Below, in pieces: positions 57,307 through 64,000 of a DNA stretch of 64,000 nucleotides; the first letter of the stretch is position 1, and every line of letters starts with the position of its first letter. A program made the position numbers and the translations under genes. Location: contig CAWHZU010000023.1 of NCBI GenBank assembly GCA_963833885.1, forward strand, positions 56,935 to 120,934, written 5' to 3'. The notes below the pieces were generated by a model that saw only the letters and a program-made list of their open reading frames with translations, was not told where the DNA came from and did not search any database. The stretch is from an uncultured Actinomycetota bacterium (GTDB taxonomy: Bacteria > Actinomycetota > Actinomycetes > Streptosporangiales > Streptosporangiaceae).

Positions 57307-58680
57307 ATGAGAATGGGGGCCGGGCTCCTTGCTGCCGCGACGACATGCGCGCTGCTCGGGTCGGCGGCGACAGCAAACGCCAGTGCCGATTCAACGGGCG
57401 TCGTGCCGTCCGCGCGCGCCGCCGCCGCGGTGAGCCCGCCGCCCACCAGCGCGGAGTGCCTCGAGGCTCTCGGCGTCGCCTGCTACCGGCCGCGGCAGCT
57501 CCAGCGGGCATACGGCCTGGGGCCGCTGTATGCGCGGGGCTACAGCGGCCGCGGCCGGACGATCGTGATCGTCGACCCGATCGGCTCGCCGACCATCGGC
57601 GCCGACCTCGCGGCCTTCGACCGCAGCTTCGGCCTGCCGGCCCCGCCCGCGTTCCGGGTGCTGCAGCCCGAGGGCCCGGTCCCGCCGTTCGACCCCGGCA
57701 ACGCCGGCATGGTCGACAAGGCCGGCGAGACCACGCTGGACGTGGAGTGGGCACACGCCATGGCCCCGGGCGCGGACATCCTGCTGGTCGAGACGCCGGC
57801 CGAGGAGACCGCCACCGGCGGCGGCTTCCCGCAGATGATCGCGGCCGAGAACTACGTGATCGAGCACAACCTGGGCGACGTCATCAGCCAGAGCTTCAGC
57901 CTCCCCGAGCAGAACTTCCCGAGCCGGGCGTACGTGCTGCGGCTTCGCTACGCGTACGTCGACGCCCGGCGGCACCGCGTCACCGTGCTCGGCGCGTCGA
58001 ACGACAACGGCGTTACCGGCTTCAACCGGACCGGCAACGCCTTCTACCACCACCGCGTGGTGCAGTGGCCAGCCTCCGATCCACTGGTAACCGGCGTCGG
58101 CGGCACCACGCTGCACCTCACCCAGTCGGGCACGCGGACGTCGCCGGACACCGCCTGGAACGACACCTGGAACCCCGCGGTGGCGGCACTCTCACAGCAG
58201 ACGGTGCCGTTTCCGTGGGCCAGCAGCGGAGGGCTGTCCAGGTTCTTCGCCCGCCCCGCCTACCAGGACGGCGTGCGCCGCGTGGCCGGGAACCGGCGCG
58301 GTGTCCCCGACATCTCGATGAGCGCCGCGCTGAGCGGCTCGGTGCTCATCTACCACTCCTTCCCGGGGGCCGCCGCCGGCTGGTACACGGCCGGCGGAAC
58401 CAGCGAAGCGACCCCCGAGTTCGCCGGCATCGTCGCGATCGCCGACCAGTACACGGGCCACCGTCTCGGGCTGATCAACCCGGCGCTCTACCGGCTCGAG
58501 GCGGCGCGCGCTCCCGGCATCGTCGACGTCACCAAGGGCAGTAACTCGGTGGCGTTCACGCAGAACGGCCGGACCTTCGCCGTCCGCGGATACCGGGCCG
58601 GCCCCGGCTATGACCTGGTCACGGGCGTCGGCACGATAAACGCCGCCCGCTTCGTGCCCGAGCTGGCGGCGGCCGGGTAG
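57307..58680 (+). CDS. Secreted S53-family serine peptidase (sedolisin/kumamolisin-like) with pro-domain
   Basis: Signal peptide. Pro-kumamolisin activation-domain-like N-terminus (RTIVIVDPIGSPTIGADLAAFDRSFGLP). Catalytic Ser context GGTSEATPEFAGIVA. Confidence 0.8.
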   Translation: MRMGAGLLAAATTCALLGSAATANASADSTGVVPSARAAAAVSPPPTSAECLEALGVACYRPRQLQRAYGLGPLYARGYSGRGRTIVIVDPIGSPTIGADLAAFDRSFGLPAPPAFRVLQPEGPVPPFDPGNAGMVDKAGETTLDVEWAHAMAPGADILLVETPAEETATGGGFPQMIAAENYVIEHNLGDVISQSFSLPEQNFPSRAYVLRLRYAYVDARRHRVTVLGASNDNGVTGFNRTGNAFYHHRVVQWPASDPLVTGVGGTTLHLTQSGTRTSPDTAWNDTWNPAVAALSQQTVPFPWASSGGLSRFFARPAYQDGVRRVAGNRRGVPDISMSAALSGSVLIYHSFPGAAAGWYTAGGTSEATPEFAGIVAIADQYTGHRLGLINPALYRLEAARAPGIVDVTKGSNSVAFTQNGRTFAVRGYRAGPGYDLVTGVGTINAARFVPELAAAG

Positions 58681-58693
58681 GTTAGGCACCGCC

Positions 58694-59896
58694 ATGGCCA
58701 CGAACCAGATGACGCTGCTCGTCACCGTGACCGGGCGCGACCGGCCCGGGGTCACCTCACGGCTGTTTTCCGTGCTCGCCGCGCACGAGCTGAGCGTGCT
58801 CGACGTCGAGCAGGTGGTGATCCGCGGCCGCCTGGTGCTCGGCGTGCTGCTGTCCTGCGGCGACGCCCCCGACCTCACCGCTATTCACCGTCAGGTGACC
58901 GCGGTCGCCGCCGACCTTGGCCTGGAGGCCGAGATCACCGCGGGCTCCGCCGAGCCGGCGCTGCGCCGTGGCAGGCTGCACGTGACGGTCCTCGGCAGCA
59001 TGCTTCCCCCGGCCGCGATCGCCGCGATCGCCGGGCGGATCGCCGCCAACGGCGCGAACATCGACCGCATCTCCCGGCTGGCGCACCGCCCGGTGACCTG
59101 CATCGAGTTCGACGTCTCCGGGGCCGACCCGGCCACCCTGCGCACCGCGCTGGCCAGCGAGTCCATCGAGCAAGGCGTGGACGTCGCCGTGCAGCGCGGC
59201 GGCCTGCACCGGCGGGCCATGCGCCTGGTCGTGATGGACGTCGACTCCACGCTGGTCAGCGGCGAGGCCATCGACCTGCTCGCGGCGCGCGCCGGGTCCG
59301 CGGCGAAGGTAGCCGAGATCACCGCCGCGACGATGCGCGGCGAACTGGACTTCGCCGCGGCGCTGCGGGAGCGCGTTGCCCTGCTCGCCGGGCTCGACGC
59401 CGCGGTTATCGACGAGGTTCGCGCCGAGCTGCGGCTGGCCCCGGGCGCCCGGACCCTGATCCGCACGCTGCGGCGGCTCGGCTACAAGTGCGGCATCGTC
59501 AGCGGCGGCTTCACCCAGTTCACCGACGAGCTCGCCGCCGACCTCGGGCTTGACTACGCCGAGGCCAACACCCTGGAAATCAAGGATGGCAAGCTCACCG
59601 GCCAGGTCACCGGCTCGATCGTCGACCGGGCGGGCAAGGCGACCGCGCTGCGCGACTTCGCCGCCCAGGCCGGGGTTCCGCTGAGCCAGACCGTGGCGGT
59701 CGGTGACGGCGCGAACGACCTGGACATGATCGCCGCCGCCGGGCTCGGTATCGCGTTCAACGCCAAGCCAGCGGTGCGGGACGCCGCCGACGCCTCGGTC
59801 AGCGTCCCTCATCTGGACGCGATCCTGCACCTGCTCGGGATCTCGCGCGACGACGTCGAGGCCGCCGACGCCGAGGACCAGGCACCGTCCGCCTGA
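58694..59896 (+). CDS. serB: Phosphoserine phosphatase with N-terminal ACT domains
   Basis: HAD motif I VVMDVDSTLV, motif III GDGANDLDM. Two ACT-like N-terminal repeats, as in actinobacterial SerB2. Confidence 0.9.
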   Translation: MATNQMTLLVTVTGRDRPGVTSRLFSVLAAHELSVLDVEQVVIRGRLVLGVLLSCGDAPDLTAIHRQVTAVAADLGLEAEITAGSAEPALRRGRLHVTVLGSMLPPAAIAAIAGRIAANGANIDRISRLAHRPVTCIEFDVSGADPATLRTALASESIEQGVDVAVQRGGLHRRAMRLVVMDVDSTLVSGEAIDLLAARAGSAAKVAEITAATMRGELDFAAALRERVALLAGLDAAVIDEVRAELRLAPGARTLIRTLRRLGYKCGIVSGGFTQFTDELAADLGLDYAEANTLEIKDGKLTGQVTGSIVDRAGKATALRDFAAQAGVPLSQTVAVGDGANDLDMIAAAGLGIAFNAKPAVRDAADASVSVPHLDAILHLLGISRDDVEAADAEDQAPSA

Positions 59897-59926
59897 CCGA
59901 CGGTCGCCGCCCACCTAACCGACGCG

Positions 59927-62353
59927 TTAGGTGGTCTTGGTCGTCTCCGCAGCCGTCTTGCCGTCGTCATCTGCGGTCGCGTCGGCCGCACCCTTGGCCG
60001 CGTCCGAGCTGGCGCCCGCGCCCTTGCTCGCCTCGACGGCGGCGGGCTCGGCGCTCGGCCCCGGGCCTGCCGCGGCGTCGGCCGCGGCCTCGGGCGTGCC
60101 CGCGGCGATGTTGGTGGACCGGCGCTTGGAGATCACCACGGCGCCCACGACGATGATCACGGCGCCGAGCGCGACGCCGACCCGCAGCCCGTCGTTGTGG
60201 GCGTACTTGACCACGCTGGTCGCGATCAGCAGCGAGACCAGGTTCATCACCTTGATCAGCGGGTTGATGGCCGGGCCAGCGGTGTCCTTGAACGGGTCGC
60301 CGACCGTGTCGCCGATGATCGTCGCTTCGTGCGCCTCGGAACCCTTGCCGCCGTGGAAGCCGTCCTCGACGAGCTTCTTGGCGTTGTCCCAGGCCCCGCC
60401 GGAGTTGGCCAGGAACACCGCCATCAGCACGCCGACCGCGATGGCGCCGGCCAGGAAGGCGCCGAGCGGCGCGTACCCGAACGCGAAGCCGACCGCGATC
60501 GGCGTCAGCACCGCCAGCAGCCCCGGGGTGGCCAGCTCGCGCAGCGAGTCCTTGGTGCAGATGTCGACCACCGCGCCGTAGTCCGGCTTCTCGGTGTAGT
60601 CCATGATCCCCGGGTGGATCCGGAACTGATTGCGTACCTCCAGCACCACCCGCCCGGCCGCCCGGCCAACCGCGCGGATCAGCAGGCCGGCAAACATGAA
60701 CACGACCGCGCCGCCGATGATGAGGCCCACCAGGACGTTAGGCCGGTCGATGGACAGGCTGAACGTGCCGGCCGCCGAGCCGAGCGCCTGCTCGACGTCG
60801 GTACGGAACGCGCCGAACAGCGCGGTCGCCGCCAGCACGGCGGTCGCGATCGCGATGCCCTTGGTGATGGCCTTGGTGGTGTTGCCGATCGCGTCCAGGT
60901 GCGTCAGGATCTCCGCGGGCTCGCCCTCGAACTCGCCTGACATCTCGGCGATGCCCTGCGCGTTGTCGGTCACCGGGCCGAACGAGTCCATGGACACGAT
61001 CACGCCGACCGTGGTCAGCAGGCCGGTGCCGGCCAGCGCAACCGCGAACAGGGCAACCGTGGCGTTGCCGGTGCCCAGCAGGAACGCGCCATACACGGCC
61101 GCGCCGATCAGCAGCGCCGAGTAGACCGCGGACTCGAGCCCGATCGCGATGCCGGACAGGATGACCGTGGCCGCCCCGGTCTCCGAGCTCTGCCCGATCT
61201 CGCGGACCGGCTTGCGGTTGGTCTCGGTGAAGTACCCGGTCAGCAGCTGGATCGCGCTGGCCAGCACCAGGCCGATCACCACCGCGCCGATGGCCAGCCA
61301 CCGCGGGTTGCCGTTGTAGCTGGCGATGGAGCCGGTAACCCCGGACAGCTCGCTGAAGTGCGCGGGCAGGAACAGGAACGAGGCCCCGATGACAAGGATC
61401 AGCGAGAACACCGCCGAGATGAAGAACCCGCGGTTGATCGCGGTCATGCCGCTGCGGTCGGACTTGCGCGGCGCGACCGCGAAGATGCCGACGACCGCGG
61501 TGATCACGCCGATCATGGGGATGATCAGCGGGAAGACCAGCCCCTTGTCGCCGAACGCCACCTTGCCCAGGATCAGCGCGGCCACCAGCATGACCGAGTA
61601 CGACTCGAACAGGTCGGCGGCCATGCCCGCGCAGTCGCCCACGTTGTCGCCGACGTTGTCGGCGATCGTCGCCGCGTTCCTCGGGTCGTCCTCGGGGATG
61701 CCCTTCTCGACCTTGCCGACCAGGTCCGCCCCGACGTCGGCGGCCTTGGTGTAGATGCCACCGCCGACACGCATGAACATGGCGAGCAGCGCCGCACCGA
61801 AGCCGAAGCCCTCGAGCACGCTCGGCGCGTTGGACCTGTAAATGACCACCACCAGCGCCGCGCCGAACAGGCCGAGGCCGACGGTGAACATGCCGGCCAC
61901 GCCGCCGGTCCGGAACGCGATCCGCATCGCCGAGTGCTCGCCGGACTCCTTGGCCGCCGCGGCGACCCGCACGTTGCCGCGCACGCACAGCGACATGCCG
62001 GTAAACCCGGTGAGCCCCGAGAACAGGGCGCCGACCAGGAAGAACAATGAACGGCCCCAGCGGACCGCGTCGCCATCAGCGGGGAGCACCGCCAGGACGA
62101 AAAAGATGATCACGACGAACACGCCGAGGGTGCGGAACTGGCGCCGCAGATACGCCGCCGCGCCCTCCTGCACCGCCAGCGAGATCTCCTGCATCTTCTG
62201 CGTGCCCTTGCTGGCGGCGAGCACCTCGCGGACCAGCAGGCCGGCGACGCCGAGCGCGCACAGTGCGACCACGCCCACGACGATCACCCAGGTGAGGTTT
62301 GAGCCGGTTACCCCGACTTGCCCACCTGCTAGGGCGAGGCTGACCTTAGACAT
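59927..62353 (-). CDS. hppA: Membrane-bound proton-translocating pyrophosphatase
   Basis: Signature GGGIYTKAADVGADLVGKVE and DNVGDNVGD. About 16 TM. Start set at MSKVSLALAGG (ORF 62413 has a 20 aa upstream extension). Low-complexity Ala/Asp/Lys C-terminal tail. Confidence 0.9.
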   Translation of the reverse strand: MSKVSLALAGGQVGVTGSNLTWVIVVGVVALCALGVAGLLVREVLAASKGTQKMQEISLAVQEGAAAYLRRQFRTLGVFVVIIFFVLAVLPADGDAVRWGRSLFFLVGALFSGLTGFTGMSLCVRGNVRVAAAAKESGEHSAMRIAFRTGGVAGMFTVGLGLFGAALVVVIYRSNAPSVLEGFGFGAALLAMFMRVGGGIYTKAADVGADLVGKVEKGIPEDDPRNAATIADNVGDNVGDCAGMAADLFESYSVMLVAALILGKVAFGDKGLVFPLIIPMIGVITAVVGIFAVAPRKSDRSGMTAINRGFFISAVFSLILVIGASFLFLPAHFSELSGVTGSIASYNGNPRWLAIGAVVIGLVLASAIQLLTGYFTETNRKPVREIGQSSETGAATVILSGIAIGLESAVYSALLIGAAVYGAFLLGTGNATVALFAVALAGTGLLTTVGVIVSMDSFGPVTDNAQGIAEMSGEFEGEPAEILTHLDAIGNTTKAITKGIAIATAVLAATALFGAFRTDVEQALGSAAGTFSLSIDRPNVLVGLIIGGAVVFMFAGLLIRAVGRAAGRVVLEVRNQFRIHPGIMDYTEKPDYGAVVDICTKDSLRELATPGLLAVLTPIAVGFAFGYAPLGAFLAGAIAVGVLMAVFLANSGGAWDNAKKLVEDGFHGGKGSEAHEATIIGDTVGDPFKDTAGPAINPLIKVMNLVSLLIATSVVKYAHNDGLRVGVALGAVIIVVGAVVISKRRSTNIAAGTPEAAADAAAGPGPSAEPAAVEASKGAGASSDAAKGAADATADDDGKTAAETTKTT

Positions 62354-62557
62354 CTGTTGTCCTCCTTGACGGCGCAGCCGGGCGTCGCGCGAAGCTGCCC
62401 GGTGCGCGCCCACACCAAACGGGCATGGGCGTGTCGAACCTGGCCGACTGGTGCCACAACGGCAGTGCCGGGGAGTCTACGCATCTGAATCGGAGAATGA
62501 TAATGCGCCCCCGCCCGTCACGCCATCACGACCTGATCGAAACGCGGTGAAATCCGG

Positions 62558-62923
62558 TCAGGCCTGCAGCCCGACGGACGGCCAGCTCATCCGGATGCTG
62601 GTCCCCGCGGCGGTTTCGTGGATCTGAACGTCGTCGGCCAGCTCGGCGATCACGGCCAGCCCGAAGCCCTGCGGCCGGCCGGTGTCGGTGACTTCCACCT
62701 CGAACCGCCCGGCCTGGTCGGTCAGCGCGATCCTGACCGGCTCGGCCGGGCAGTGCAGCCGATGCGCCTCGACCGCTCGCGAGCAGGCCTCCCCGACGGC
62801 CAGCCGCACCTCGTCGAGGAGCGCTTCGTCGACACCGCTTCGCCTGGCCACCGCGGTGGCGACCAGCCGCGCGGTGCGCACGTGGGCGGGCAGAGCGGTG
62901 AAGCTGACTTCAACTGTGGGCAT
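62558..62923 (-). CDS. Anti-sigma regulatory factor (RsbW/SpoIIAB-like GHKL kinase)
   Basis: 121 aa; VRTARLVATAVARRSGVDEALLDEVRLAVGEACSRAV...VEVTDTGRP matches a small HATPase_c anti-sigma kinase. Confidence 0.7.
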   Translation of the reverse strand: MPTVEVSFTALPAHVRTARLVATAVARRSGVDEALLDEVRLAVGEACSRAVEAHRLHCPAEPVRIALTDQAGRFEVEVTDTGRPQGFGLAVIAELADDVQIHETAAGTSIRMSWPSVGLQA

Positions 62924-62943
62924 GTCGGCGTGTCAGCCAGCGA

Positions 62944-63294
62944 CTACTTCTCGGATTTTCTGGCCGTGATCGCCTCGTCCACGGTGTCGTGGATGCCGAA
63001 CACCTTGGTGAGCCCGGTGATCCGGAAGATCTTGAGAATCCGCTCCTGCGTGCACACCAGGTCGAGGGACCCGTCGTGGGCCCGGACCCGCTTCAGGCCG
63101 CCGACCAGGACTCCAAGGCCGGTGGAGTCGAGGAACTCGACCTTTTCCATATTCACGACGAGCTGGTAGAAACCGGTGTTGACCAGCTCGATCAATAGCT
63201 CACGCAAGCGCGGCGCGGTGTAGACGTCGATCTCGCCTTCCACCTCGACGATCTCGATCCCATCCTTGCTGTGGTGATCCAACTTCAGATCCAC
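62944..63294 (-). CDS. STAS-domain anti-sigma factor antagonist (RsbV/SpoIIAA-like)
   Basis: [18 protein letters not shown]...[24 protein letters not shown]. The conserved phosphorylatable Ser is in DSTGLG. Confidence 0.85.
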   Translation of the reverse strand: MDLKLDHHSKDGIEIVEVEGEIDVYTAPRLRELLIELVNTGFYQLVVNMEKVEFLDSTGLGVLVGGLKRVRAHDGSLDLVCTQERILKIFRITGLTKVFGIHDTVDEAITARKSEK

Positions 63295-63470
63295 AAATCC
63301 TCCAGCGCCATGCGGTTAGGTCAGAGCGTGCCGCCCCGGGCCGCCCCTGGGCCGGAACACACGCCCGGCCGGGCCATGCTACTCGCGCGCATTCAATCAC
63401 GCTCTGAGGTCATGTCTATACCAGATCGGAGTTGGAGGCACCTTGCCTGGCGATGACACACTGAAACCCT

Positions 63471-64000
63471 ATGATGACTGCGGTGCCACTGCTCGCCGAC
63501 CATGAGCTCCCCGCGAGTCCGATCCCCCCAGGCGCCGCCCGGCTCCTGGGAGCGGGCGCGCGGTCAGGGAAGCTTACCCATCTGGAGCACGTTCCCGCGG
63601 CAGCGGGCCGGCGTGTCGAGTGGCCAGGCTGGGTCAGGCCGGAGGTCACGAACGCGTTCGAGGCCATCGGCGTGCCGGGCCCCTGGGAGCATCAGGCGCT
63701 CGCCGCCGATCACGCGGCAGCGGGCCGCAATGTGATCATTTCGACACCTCCGGCATCCGGCAAGTCGCTCGGGTACCTGCTGCCCGCGCTGACCCGGGTG
63801 CTCGGCGGCGGCACGGCGCTGTATCTCTCGCCGACCCGGGCGCTCGCCGCCGACCAGCTGCGGATGATCACGTCGCTCGGCATCCCGGGGATCCGGGCGG
63901 CGGTGCTGGACGGCGACACGCCGGCCAGCGAGCGCAACTGGGCCCGGGCGCGCGCGACCTACCTGCTGACCACCCCGGACATGCTGCATCACTCGCTGCT
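63471..64000 (+). CDS. DEAD/DEAH-box ATP-dependent helicase (Lhr-like), 3' partial
   Basis: My own translation (not in the ORF track because no stop is reached in the window): MMTAVPLLADHELP...FEAIGVPGPWEHQALAADHAAAGRNVIISTPPASGKSLGYLLPAL...ALYLSPTRALAADQ. Carries motif I and Ia of an SF2 helicase. Confidence 0.7.
   Translation, partial: MMTAVPLLADHELPASPIPPGAARLLGAGARSGKLTHLEHVPAAAGRRVEWPGWVRPEVTNAFEAIGVPGPWEHQALAADHAAAGRNVIISTPPASGKSLGYLLPALTRVLGGGTALYLSPTRALAADQLRMITSLGIPGIRAAVLDGDTPASERNWARARATYLLTTPDMLHHSL

Noticed and set aside
1-64000. Mobile elements, integrases or prophage signatures flanking the signalling locus
   Set aside because: No transposase, integrase, recombinase, tRNA attachment site or terminal inverted repeats were found. 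The locus appears chromosomally embedded.

Overview
This is a 64 kb window of high-GC (about 70%) actinomycete-type chromosomal DNA. It is densely coded on both strands, with no rRNA, tRNA, CRISPR or transposase genes recognised. About 60 protein-coding genes can be called.

Main contents, in order:
- 26-3794: a 5' lipase-like hydrolase, then a decayed PadR-regulated DrrAB-type efflux operon carrying many frameshifts.
- 3807-6628: a DUF929-like gene, a BlaI/BlaR1-like pair and a hicBA toxin-antitoxin pair.
- 8739-11636: a MarR regulator, a formimino/methenyl-THF cyclodeaminase-like gene, and an ECF sigma/anti-sigma pair with a GGAAC-N17-CGTG promoter.
- 13123-31238: a large signalling/transport locus.
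  - Minus-strand operon: FtsX/MacB-like permease, cNMP-binding protein, MBL hydrolase, CrtI-like oxidoreductase.
  - Divergent plus-strand operon: a receiver-LuxR HTH-class III adenylyl cyclase fusion, a MacB-type ABC ATPase, three further ~840 aa paralogous FtsX permeases, and a translationally coupled multi-TM HisKA_3 kinase.
  - Convergent downstream genes: a receiver-only protein and a NarL regulator.
- 31353-34382: a flotillin/NfeD pair and an orphan OmpR regulator.
- 34686-49292: a starch utilisation cluster. It holds a GH13 alpha-amylase, a GH15 glucoamylase/glucodextranase and a 1344 aa GH15 paralogue. All carry CBM20-like modules. A Tat-lipoprotein sugar ABC transporter follows.
- 49308-64000: housekeeping genes (HD hydrolase, TauE, GAF kinase/NarL two-component system, SDR, queA, S53 peptidase, serB, H+-pyrophosphatase, rsbV/rsbW-like pair, and the 5' end of an Lhr-like helicase).

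Notable non-genic structure:
- 34 bp tandem repeats in the leader of the giant GH15 gene.
- A 1.3 kb low-GC non-coding island with a perfect 14 bp inverted repeat.
- In-frame 15 bp and 33 bp coding repeats.
- ACTAGT-type operator palindromes.
- Several frameshifted genes, either pseudogenes or assembly indels.

I recognised no canonical defence system. The most system-like novelty is the cAMP-centred two-component/ABC module at 13-31 kb.
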